Of a DNA stretch of 64,000 nucleotides, positions 9,091 through 16,513 are shown one piece after another (the first letter of the stretch is position 1; every line of letters begins with the position of its first letter). The notes below the pieces were generated by a model. The model was not told the origin of the DNA, made no database searches, and saw nothing but the letters and a program-made list of their open reading frames with translations. Location of the stretch: contig PLYC01000007.1 in the NCBI GenBank assembly GCA_003151625.1, positions 2,929-66,928 on the forward strand, read 5' to 3'. The DNA comes from Candidatus Doudnabacteria bacterium. Its GTDB lineage: Bacteria; Patescibacteriota; Doudnabacteria; UBA920. A program made the position numbers and the translations under genes.

Positions 9091-9288
9091 ATGAATGGTG
9101 TAATTAAGAAAAAGATTGACAAAGGCTTTGGTTTTATTACCGTTGCCGGTCAAGACAAAGACTTATTTTTTCACAGCAAGTCTTTGGTTGGCGTCACTTT
9201 TGACGAAATCCAAGAAGGTGATAACGTCTCTTTTGATGTAGAAGATTCTCCAAAAGGACCGAACGCTGTTAACGTACAACGCGTTTAA
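9091..9288 (+). CDS. cspA: Cold-shock protein (CspA family)
   Basis: GVIKKKIDKGFGFITVAGQDKDLFFH...GDNVSFDVE: RNP1/RNP2 motifs of the cold-shock domain. Confidence 0.85.
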   Translation: MNGVIKKKIDKGFGFITVAGQDKDLFFHSKSLVGVTFDEIQEGDNVSFDVEDSPKGPNAVNVQRV

Positions 9289-9300
9289 TTTGTCTTTAAA

Positions 9301-9337
9301 AAAGCCCCTCCGATTATCGGAGGGGCTTTTTGTTTTA
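9301..9337 (+). terminator. Rho-independent terminator
   Basis: aaagcccctccgattatcggaggggcttttt gtttt. Confidence 0.7.
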
Positions 9338-9369
9338 TTGGCTGGTAGTGTCAAAGGTGACCTTTGACA

Positions 9370-10032
9370 CTATTTAAGCAAGCTTTTTAAGTTGGCAATT
9401 TTACCGTCCGTAATATCCCATTCGTAAATGTCTGCGTTGGCAATATCTTTGTCCGTGTCCAGTCCTCTATAAATTCTGGGAATGTCGGGGAAGTGGAAAA
9501 GCAATAATCGGATAACACCATTGTGGGTAATAATGCCCACATTTTGTTTGTCGTGGTTGGAAATAATATCTAAAATCGCGCTTATGGATCTTTGCCTGAC
9601 ATCCTCCACGCTTTCCCCGCCAAAAGGGCGGTAGTCATAGCTTTGCATGGCTTCGCGTTCGCGGTTATCGGGCAAGAGCCTGTCCCATTCCTCATGGTTT
9701 TTGCCGCTCAAACTCCCAAAGTCGCGCTCGCGTAATCGAAAATCGTGAAAGACCGGTATGGGTTCCTTCAAACTTTTGTTTATTAGCGCGGCTGTTTCCT
9801 CGGCCCTAAGCAGGTAAGAAGTAAACAATACATCTAAATCTAAAACTTCAACAAATTTTGCGATTTTTTGGATCTGCAAAACTCCCTGAGTGTCCAGGTA
9901 GTCGTTAATTTGTACACCTTGCCTAATTTTTTGTTTATTACTTATGGTCTCTCCATGGCGAATAAAGTAGAGAGTGGTGGAGCTTCTAATTTTCATTGAG
10001 GGTAGTTTAGAGTCTCGGAATTTAGAACTCAT
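9370..10032 (-). CDS. Histidine phosphatase family protein (phosphoglycerate-mutase-like)
   Basis: YFIRHGET catalytic RHG motif with branch-1 histidine phosphatase architecture. Hairpin tagtgtcaaaggtgacctttgacacta abuts the stop. Confidence 0.65.
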   Translation of the reverse strand: MSSKFRDSKLPSMKIRSSTTLYFIRHGETISNKQKIRQGVQINDYLDTQGVLQIQKIAKFVEVLDLDVLFTSYLLRAEETAALINKSLKEPIPVFHDFRLRERDFGSLSGKNHEEWDRLLPDNREREAMQSYDYRPFGGESVEDVRQRSISAILDIISNHDKQNVGIITHNGVIRLLLFHFPDIPRIYRGLDTDKDIANADIYEWDITDGKIANLKSLLK

Positions 10033-10049
10033 TTTAAAAATAATTTGTA

Positions 10050-10146
10050 GACGAAATTTCAGGATTTTGAGCGGATTGGCTCTTAATAAATTTTGACGTT
10101 TAGCCAGAGCTAAGCGGAAAAATTTTTAAGGCCAAGACGCCAAAAT
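10050..10146 (+). repeat. About 90-nt intergenic repeat, copy A (possible small RNA)
   Basis: ggattttgagcggattggctcttaataaattttgacgtttagccagagctaagcggaaaaatttttaaggccaagacgccaaaat is approx 90% identical to 19628-19733 in the same orientation. Contains ttagc-caga-gctaa hairpin. Confidence 0.55.
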
Positions 10147-10188
10147 GCTGGAATTGCAGCCCGAAGGATTTTTAAAATGGGTTCTTAG

Positions 10189-10209
10189 TAGGACTTATGT
10201 GTAAGTCCT
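10189..10209. repeat. Solo fused TIR pair of the MITE family (taggacttatgtgtaagtccta)
   Basis: 21-nt perfect palindrome made of the two MITE termini with no internal sequence. Confidence 0.45.
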
Positions 10210-10220
10210 ACTTGCTTTTT

Positions 10221-10604
10221 TTAGCTCTTACGGGGCTTTTTTTTGATAGCTGGTTTTTTAGCCACCAGGTTGGTAGCTTCATTGACTATTTTTTCCCAGT
10301 GGCTTTTGAGTTCAAGGCCAAAAGCCTGCAGCTCTTTGGGGTCAATATTTTTGGCTTGTTTGTACTTGGCCAAAACTTCCTCGGCCGCCTGGTTGTAAGC
10401 TTGTTTGCTAACGGACTTCATTTTTTTTACTTTTTCCAGCAAGTCGGATTTCGCTTTTTTGCTCCAGCCGGACAATTCTTTTAGATGTTTTTTACCTTTT
10501 TTACCGGAAAAATAATATCCGGCCGCGGCCGCGGCCGCTCCGGCGGCCAAAGCCGCCATACCCAAACTTCCTGCTACTTTAGCCGCAGTTGTTTTCTTTT
10601 GCAT
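10221..10604 (-). CDS. YtxH-like membrane-anchored protein, paralog of 7668..8036
   Basis: MQKKTTAAKVAGSLGMAALAAGAAAAAAGYYFSGKKGKKHLKE. RBS gaaagga. Shared C-terminal motifs EVLAKYK.KNIDPKELQ.FG.ELK.HW. Confidence 0.5.
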   Translation of the reverse strand: MQKKTTAAKVAGSLGMAALAAGAAAAAAGYYFSGKKGKKHLKELSGWSKKAKSDLLEKVKKMKSVSKQAYNQAAEEVLAKYKQAKNIDPKELQAFGLELKSHWEKIVNEATNLVAKKPAIKKKPRKS

Positions 10605-10694
10605 AAATAGTCCTTTCAATTTTCTACTAAATACTAAATTTGGTGATTGCCACGTTTAGTATTTTTAGTCACTTTAGTATTTAGTAGAGGGTTG

Positions 10695-10985
10695 TTATTT
10701 TTTTTCTTTGCCGCTCTGGGCGGATTTCCTCAAGTTATTAAAGAAACTGGCAAAATATTTTAAGTTCGTTCCTTTTTCCCTGACGTTTTCCCTAAGATCG
10801 GACAAATCTTTGGCAATAAAATCTGCCTCATTTTTTGCTTTTCCGGAAATGTACTTTATGTCACTGGAAATTTTTATAATATAAATTGCCAGCACGGCCA
10901 AAAGCGCGGTTAAAACCACAACAGCAATGCTGGTAATAAGAAAAAAAATGTCCATTTTGGCGAATTCGGTCATAGTATTGATCAA
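10695..10985 (-). CDS. DUF948-like membrane protein (N-terminal TM plus coiled coil)
   Basis: TM helix IFFLITSIAVVVLTALLAVLAIYII followed by a charged helical region. Confidence 0.4.
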   Translation of the reverse strand: MINTMTEFAKMDIFFLITSIAVVVLTALLAVLAIYIIKISSDIKYISGKAKNEADFIAKDLSDLRENVREKGTNLKYFASFFNNLRKSAQSGKEKK

Positions 10986-11078
10986 AAGATATTTGTTGAT
11001 ATTTAGGGATATTAGTAGATATTATTTTGTCACCCAATATCTATTAATATCTCAATTTCAATTAATATCTTTTTTGAA

Positions 11079-11570
11079 CTATTTATAATATTCCCTAATC
11101 TGAAACAGGAAGTACATGGAAATTACAACATTAAAAATCAAATTAATAAAACTTCCATCAATCAACTGGCCAACCGCGCTTACTAAAACCGCGTAATAAA
11201 CCAAATGCCAGCTTTTAAGGCTTCGTTTAAAAAGTCCCGGCAAAGCCACGGCTTCCATAATAAAAGCAATTAGGCCAATTAAGGCTCCAAGCAAATAAGT
11301 TATCTGGTTGCCATAACCGCCATACATTTTAGCCACCGGGCTAAAAACCGCGCTAAGTCCAATGGCCGCCAACATTGCTAGAGCGCCAAAAATCATTAAG
11401 ACTAAGGTTATCCAGGGCCCGAATTTTACAATCCATTCTTTAGCGACTGGGGGCAGATGGAAGGGGACTTTTTTGTGGAGATAGGTATCAAAAAAGTCTT
11501 CCATTTGCTTTAAAAAACCATGGGGTTGCGGGGCGACTATAGGGTTTTGATTTGGTTGTTGTGTGTCCAT
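11079..11570 (-). CDS. Hypothetical polytopic membrane protein
   Basis: 163 aa with four predicted TM segments. No recognisable motif. Confidence 0.45.
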   Translation of the reverse strand: MDTQQPNQNPIVAPQPHGFLKQMEDFFDTYLHKKVPFHLPPVAKEWIVKFGPWITLVLMIFGALAMLAAIGLSAVFSPVAKMYGGYGNQITYLLGALIGLIAFIMEAVALPGLFKRSLKSWHLVYYAVLVSAVGQLIDGSFINLIFNVVISMYFLFQIREYYK

Positions 11571-11625
11571 ATATTTGTTTGAGTATTAGCGATATTTACA
11601 AATATCAGCCAATATCTTAATTACT

Positions 11626-11799
11626 TAGGACTTACGCGCTTGGCCGAGTATGAGGCATTTTGTGAGGATTTTTGGAGGCGTAGTTTGACTACGTCGGCAA
11701 AAACCGCAGCAAAATAACGAAGTAATCGGCCAAGCCCCTGCGGTTTGAGGCAACAAGATATAATTTTTGTTCATTTTTGCCTCAAACGCGTAAGTCCTA
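11626..11799. repeat. Full-length (approx 175 nt) MITE with TIR TAGGACTTACGCG
   Basis: Termini taggacttacgcg / cgcgtaagtccta. Internal hairpins cttggccga/tcggccaag, cgtagtttgactacg, gtttgaggcaa/ttgcctcaaac. Near-identical inverted copy at 20600-20774. Confidence 0.7.
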
Positions 11800-11834
11800 T
11801 GTCTGTTAATTTAATTTCTAATATTTATATTATA

Positions 11835-12404
11835 TCACGTTTTTCCATACTTACTAAATAATTCCTCCAAAATGTTCTGGTAGCTTTGGCGGATATTTTG
11901 GTCGCGTCCGACCTCCAAAACTTCATCGTTAATGTTGGTAGCCGCCGTTGTCCAGTTGTAAGACCCGCTGGCGTAAGCTTTTTCCGTAACCAGAGCCTTC
12001 ATGTGCATAATGCCCGAGTGATCCTGCTCATAGACAGGTATGCCGTCGTCGCGCAGAGCGTCTATTATTTGTTTTTGCCCGGGAGCTTGGTTGTATTGGT
12101 CGCGATCGGTAATGCCCACTACGGTCAGGCCGCGGTACTTGGCCGCAATTAAAGCCTGTTCTATATCCTGCCTGGTAAAAGTGTAAACCGCGAAGTAAAC
12201 AAATTTATCCGCGTCCCGGATTTGATTAATAATTTCATCGTTCAACGCGTGATCCTGATTGTAGTAAACGCTGATTTCATGCGTTGGCAAGTAGCGGTAA
12301 GAATAGTAAAATTGTCCACAAAGCGCGATGAGTGAAATAATAACAATCAAATAAACTATGTCTTTTTTGTTTTTCATATTTGTGTCAGGAAATTGTGAAA
12401 TCAA
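11835..12404 (-). CDS. Phospholipase D-family (Nuc-like) protein with N-terminal TM
   Basis: HMKALVTEKAYASGSYNWTTAA = HxK(x4)D/E(x6)GS.N PLD/Nuc signature. Confidence 0.5.
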   Translation of the reverse strand: MISQFPDTNMKNKKDIVYLIVIISLIALCGQFYYSYRYLPTHEISVYYNQDHALNDEIINQIRDADKFVYFAVYTFTRQDIEQALIAAKYRGLTVVGITDRDQYNQAPGQKQIIDALRDDGIPVYEQDHSGIMHMKALVTEKAYASGSYNWTTAATNINDEVLEVGRDQNIRQSYQNILEELFSKYGKT

Positions 12405-12439
12405 GAAATTAGGAAATTGGGGAGCGTGTCCCCAATACC

Positions 12440-12874
12440 TTAATATCCCAATTTCTTAATTTCCTTTTTAATTTCTCTTTTTTGTATATACTCTCGTTTA
12501 TCTGCCTTTTTTCTCGCTTTGCCTAAGCCTATCCTCATTTTTATCAATCCGCGATTACCCAAAAAAATATCCAGGGGAATTACTACCAACCCTTTTTCTT
12601 TTCCGAGCAATTTGTTTATTTCCGATTTGTTTAAAAGAAGTTGTCGGGTTTGGGTCGGCTGGTATTTTTCATCGGGCGCGTACTTGTAAGGCCCAATATG
12701 GCAATTAATTAAACTGGCCCCCCTGGCCGACACGGTTACATAAGCCCCGGCCAAAGAAACATTGCCGCCTTTAACGGATTTTACTTCTGCCCCGCTCAAT
12801 ACCAAACCGGCAGTAAAGTTTTCTTTAATATCGTAATCAAACCTTGCTCTCTTATTGTCCGCAAAAATTTTCAT
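12440..12874 (-). CDS. smpB: SsrA-binding protein SmpB
   Basis: NKRARFDYDIKENFTAGLVLSGAEVKS...GNVSLAGAY, with a Lys/Arg-rich C-tail typical of SmpB. Confidence 0.9.
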   Translation of the reverse strand: MKIFADNKRARFDYDIKENFTAGLVLSGAEVKSVKGGNVSLAGAYVTVSARGASLINCHIGPYKYAPDEKYQPTQTRQLLLNKSEINKLLGKEKGLVVIPLDIFLGNRGLIKMRIGLGKARKKADKREYIQKREIKKEIKKLGY

Positions 12875-12950
12875 ATCCGGTGTTTAATCTAATATATATT
12901 GTACCACCATTTATACTCTTGTCTATAAGCAAATTTTGACTTAAAATATA

Positions 12951-12988
12951 AGTGGAGAAAATTCTCGGCCGAGAAAATCATCCACTTA
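12951..12988. repeat. Palindromic hairpin of the AAGTGGA..TTC.CGGCCG.GAA..TCCACTT family
   Basis: aagtggagaaaattctcggccgagaaaatcatccactt. A near-identical hairpin at 13811-13848 brackets the leader element plus paaX-like gene. Confidence 0.5.
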
Positions 12989-12991
12989 TTA

Positions 12992-13257
12992 GCGACGTAG
13001 AGCGAGAGAAATGATATGCAGCATATCATTTCCGAGCCGACCTATTCAACTCCGCTCAAGGCCCCGAGTGCAGATCGAGGGGGAGCTTCCGCCAAAGGCG
13101 GATCCTCCTCCCTTCGAGGGTCTGAGGACCCCTCAGGGTCTCGAACGACCGGCGGAAATACAGGTTCAATACTTCGTCCCGCCGACGGCGGAACTGCGAA
13201 GTGCAGGCAGTTCATTGCACTAATACCTCGCAGCTCTGCGGATAGCGAACCTTTATT
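12992..13257 (+). promoter_or_regulatory. Conserved structured leader element, copy 3, carrying a nested approx 110-nt GC-rich multi-hairpin insertion
   Basis: GCGACGTAGAGCGAGA, then hairpin gaaatgatatgcagcatatcatttc, then CGAGCCGACC ... AATACAGGTTCAATACTTCG ... GCACTAATACCTCG ... GCGAACCTTTATT. The first 86 codons of predicted ORF 13016..13795 are translation of this element. Confidence 0.5.
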
Positions 13258-13273
13258 AAATAAGCAACATTTT

Positions 13274-13795
13274 ATGCTGGAAGATTACAATCTTGCTGAC
13301 TCCATTTTGGCCTTTTTTTCCGAGACGCTGAATTTATTGCCGAGGCCTTTGGAAATGCCTTACCAATGGGTTAAACGTAACAAAGGGATGAATTATAGGA
13401 GTTACTACGATTCCGTGCAGGGCTTAAAGCGTCGCGGGGCGGTAAAATTGACAAAAAAGCGGGATAAAACATTCATCCAGTTAACGGAAAAAGGTTTATT
13501 GGATGTTTTACTGCTGAAAGCGGGCGTGAGCAGAGAAAGGGTCTGGGATGGGAAGTGGAGAGTGTGTATTTTTGACATTCCGGAAGAAGCTCACTTACAG
13601 CGGGACTATTTTCGCCGCCTGCTTAAGCAGTACGGTTTTTATAAATTGCAGGCCAGTGTTTTTGTGCACCCGTTTACATTGAACCGAGAGGCAATAGCAT
13701 ACTTAAGTAAAACAGGTCTGAATAAATATATTCGTTTTTTAAAAGTTGAAGAAATGGACAATGATGAGGATTTAAAGAAGTTTTTTAACCTATGA
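13274..13795 (+). CDS. PaaX-like (PaaX C-terminal domain) putative transcriptional regulator
   Basis: RERVWDGKWRVCIFDIPEEAHLQRDYFRRLLKQYGFYKLQASVFVHPF matches the PaaX_C consensus. Start reassigned to in-frame ATG at 13274. Confidence 0.5.
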   Translation: MLEDYNLADSILAFFSETLNLLPRPLEMPYQWVKRNKGMNYRSYYDSVQGLKRRGAVKLTKKRDKTFIQLTEKGLLDVLLLKAGVSRERVWDGKWRVCIFDIPEEAHLQRDYFRRLLKQYGFYKLQASVFVHPFTLNREAIAYLSKTGLNKYIRFLKVEEMDNDEDLKKFFNL

Positions 13796-13810
13796 ATGAA
13801 TAGATAGAAA

Positions 13811-13848
13811 AGTGGATAAATTTCACGGCCGTGAAATTTACCCACTTC
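13811..13848. terminator. Palindromic hairpin (same family as 12951 and 37763) acting as terminator
   Basis: agtggataaatttcacggccgtgaaatttacccact. Confidence 0.5.
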
Positions 13849-13936
13849 GTAATTTTTTTAAAATCCGGTATTTTGGAATTTTTAGATTTTTGATTTTGGT
13901 GAAACAAACGATTTTGTGTTATAATGCAGGTATTAT

Positions 13937-15706
13937 ATGCCAAGTGAAACATCTAAAAATTTTATAAACCACCTTTTGTCATCGGCTTTGTCCGGGCTCA
14001 AGCTGACTTCCTATTTGGACGTTTTAGATATTACGCCCCCATCCAATCCTGATTTTGGCGATTATTCCAGCAATGCGGCTTTAATTTTGTCAAAAAAACT
14101 AAAAATTAACCCTAAAGAAATCGCCGGGAAAATTGTTGACGCCATAAATAATATAGATTTAGAAGGCAAACTGGAATCGGTTACCGAACAGGGCGGGTTT
14201 ATTAACTTTAAACTTTCACAAAAATTTTTGCTTAATAATCTTGGTACTATAATTGACCAACGGGACTTGTACGGATGTTCGGTGTTGGGTGAAGGGAAAA
14301 CTGTAGTTGTCGAGTATTTCCAAAATAACGTAGCTAAGCCGCCTCACGTAGGGCACCTGCGTTCGTCCGTAATTGGCGATTGTCTTTTAAGAGTTTTTAA
14401 ATCGCAAGGCTACAAAACTATTTCCGATACTCACATTGGTGACTGGGGCGTCCAGTTCGGCATTTTGCTTTACGCGTTTAAGACAATGAAGCCGGATATG
14501 GAAGTTTTGGAAAAAGACCCGATTAACGAGTTAAATAAACTTTATGTAGCCATGTCCGCAAAAATAGAAGCCCAAGCCGAGCTTCGGGATTTAGCCAAAG
14601 CGGAATTTAAGAAGCTGGAAGACGGAGATGAGCAGAACCGCAAACTCTGGCAGTTGTTTGTGGACGAATCCTTAAAAGATTTTGAACGCTACCGGATTTT
14701 GCTTGGAGTCTTGCCATTTGATTATAATTTGGGAGAAAGTTTTTACGAAAAACATATGCCGGAAGTTTTGGCGGAATTTCAGGAAAAGAAACTTATAACA
14801 AAAGGCGAAACAGGGGAGCTTTATATTGATTTGGAAAGCTTCGGTCTTGGCCGCTGTATTTTGGTAAAAAGCGACGGAGCGACCACTTACCATTTGCGGG
14901 ATTTTGCCACTTACCTTTACCGACGCAAACAGTTTAATTTTTTAAAAAATCTGTACATTGTAGACAATCGTCAGTCGCACCATTTTAAACAGCTATTTAA
15001 GTCGCTCGAACTTGCAGGCTATCCGGCCGAAAAAGACAGTACCCATATTGATTTGGGATTTATGAGTTTGCCCGAAGGTGCTATTTCCACGCGCAAAGGC
15101 ACAACAATTAGTCTGGAGAATTTAATTACCGAGGCCAACAAGCGCGCTTTAAAAATTATTGAAGACAAGAATCCGGATTTGGAAAATAAAGAAGCGGTCT
15201 CTAAGCAAGTCGCGCTGGCGGCCATAAAATATTTTGATTTATCACATAATCGTAAAACAGAAATAATCTTTACTTGGGACAACGCTTTGTCGTTTGAGGG
15301 CAATACAGGGCCGTATTTGCAGTACACGCACGCGAGAATTCATGGAATATTGCGTAAATCGCGGAATAATACGGAACTTAACGCGGAAAATGCGGAACGT
15401 GGTTTTCCGCGCCTTTCCGCGTCAGATTCCGCGTCTTTCCGCGACACCGAACTCTCCGTTCTTCGCAAACTCATCCAATTCCCCGAAGTCGTTACCCAAG
15501 TCTCCCAGGACTATTTCCCCAACAACCTCTGTAATTATTTATTTGAACTTTCCCAAACCGTTAACTCTTTTTATCAGGAAGTTCCCGTCCTAGCCGAAAC
15601 CGACGAAACCCTAAAATCCTTCCGCCTAAATTTAATTACCGCCACCGCGCAAGTTATAAAAAATGGGCTTTATCTGTTGGGAATAGAAGCGCCGGAGGAA
15701 ATGTGA
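13937..15706 (+). CDS. argS: Arginyl-tRNA synthetase
   Basis: PHVGHLRS (HIGH-class motif), ArgRS N-terminal domain, DALR anticodon-binding C-terminal with YTHARIHGILRK. Contains the in-frame repeat insertion at 15358-15443. Confidence 0.9.
   Translation: MPSETSKNFINHLLSSALSGLKLTSYLDVLDITPPSNPDFGDYSSNAALILSKKLKINPKEIAGKIVDAINNIDLEGKLESVTEQGGFINFKLSQKFLLNNLGTIIDQRDLYGCSVLGEGKTVVVEYFQNNVAKPPHVGHLRSSVIGDCLLRVFKSQGYKTISDTHIGDWGVQFGILLYAFKTMKPDMEVLEKDPINELNKLYVAMSAKIEAQAELRDLAKAEFKKLEDGDEQNRKLWQLFVDESLKDFERYRILLGVLPFDYNLGESFYEKHMPEVLAEFQEKKLITKGETGELYIDLESFGLGRCILVKSDGATTYHLRDFATYLYRRKQFNFLKNLYIVDNRQSHHFKQLFKSLELAGYPAEKDSTHIDLGFMSLPEGAISTRKGTTISLENLITEANKRALKIIEDKNPDLENKEAVSKQVALAAIKYFDLSHNRKTEIIFTWDNALSFEGNTGPYLQYTHARIHGILRKSRNNTELNAENAERGFPRLSASDSASFRDTELSVLRKLIQFPEVVTQVSQDYFPNNLCNYLFELSQTVNSFYQEVPVLAETDETLKSFRLNLITATAQVIKNGLYLLGIEAPEEM
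15358..15443. repeat. In-frame palindromic CGCGGA-repeat insertion inside argS
   Basis: cgcggaataatacggaacttaacgcggaaaatgcggaacg followed by four TTCCGCG units (ttttccgcgcctttccgcgtcagattccgcgtctttccgcg). The first 40 nt are approx 88% identical to a segment of ileS (17486-17527). Encodes SRNNTELNAENAERGFPRLSASDSASFRD between conserved ArgRS blocks. Confidence 0.6.
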
Positions 15707-15787
15707 AGCCGCTGATTGGTCGCTGATTAGTACGCTGAAGGTCGTAGCCCATCGATTTATCGGCCTGAAGAATTAAATGTAAGAATT

Positions 15788-16489
15788 ATGACTGGAGAAA
15801 TTCAAAAAAGGCCACAGCCTGATCGCCAAGATATTGTCGAGGCGAAAGATAATGTTGAAGTATTGAAAGCGGATTTTGTTCATCTTTGCCGTTCTTTAGA
15901 AAGTTTGGTTGCTGAATTGAAGCAGCGGGGTTCGGAAGGAGAAAAATTGGCTAGGGGATTATTTTTAGAACAGACTTTAACAGACTTGCAACGTCCAGAA
16001 AACGAAAGAGGTTTTGATGCAGATTTTAGTGCCGTAGAGAGAAATACAGATATCACAGCCCCTGATTTTATCTCACGTTGGCTATTTGGGTATTCTGGTG
16101 CAATTAATAATTTAGGTAAAGCCTACCTTCGGGTAAAAACTTTTTATAAAGAAGATTCAAGTTTTTCTGATTTTATTACAAATTTTGAGAATTTTATCAC
16201 AAGCGTCAATAAAAACAATACCAAATGCAAAATTTCACCTCTGCCCGAGTTATTGGCGCCAATGGACGAAGAGAGGTTTGAGTTAAATGATAATTCTGTA
16301 GAGCAAGCGTACGCATCGGTCCCAAAAATAAGACAAGAGGTCGGAATAAAATTGACAGAACATTCTAAAATAGAATCAGAAAATGTATATCTGATTATTG
16401 ACCTAGCGGCTATGCCATTGAATGAAACTGGATTCAAATCACAGAAAGCAAAAGTTAAAATAGCATCGCCTGCTCAATGGGAAAATTAA
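15788..16489 (+). CDS. Hypothetical protein
   Basis: 233-aa ORF between argS and ileS. No recognisable domain. Confidence 0.45.
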   Translation: MTGEIQKRPQPDRQDIVEAKDNVEVLKADFVHLCRSLESLVAELKQRGSEGEKLARGLFLEQTLTDLQRPENERGFDADFSAVERNTDITAPDFISRWLFGYSGAINNLGKAYLRVKTFYKEDSSFSDFITNFENFITSVNKNNTKCKISPLPELLAPMDEERFELNDNSVEQAYASVPKIRQEVGIKLTEHSKIESENVYLIIDLAAMPLNETGFKSQKAKVKIASPAQWEN

Positions 16490-16513
16490 TAAAGTAACGC
16501 TTAAATTTATTTT

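Noticed and set aside
12992-13257. Possible tmRNA next to smpB
   Set aside because: No tRNA-like acceptor/T-arm with CCA and no ANDENYALAA-like tag frame. The sequence shares ordered blocks with two other leader copies upstream of unrelated genes.
13016-13273. N-terminal 86 codons of ORF 13016..13795 (MQHIISEPTYSTPLKAPSADRGGASAKGG...)
   Set aside because: This is translation of the GC-rich structured leader element, which is homologous to the non-coding copies at 1183 and 5046. The real protein starts at the in-frame ATG at 13274.
15358-15443. CRISPR-like regular repeats (CGCGGAA units) in argS
   Set aside because: Units are 7 nt with irregular 4-11-nt spacers and lie inside an intact CDS. 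They are mirrored by complementary units (a palindrome). They are not a repeat-spacer array and no cas genes are present.
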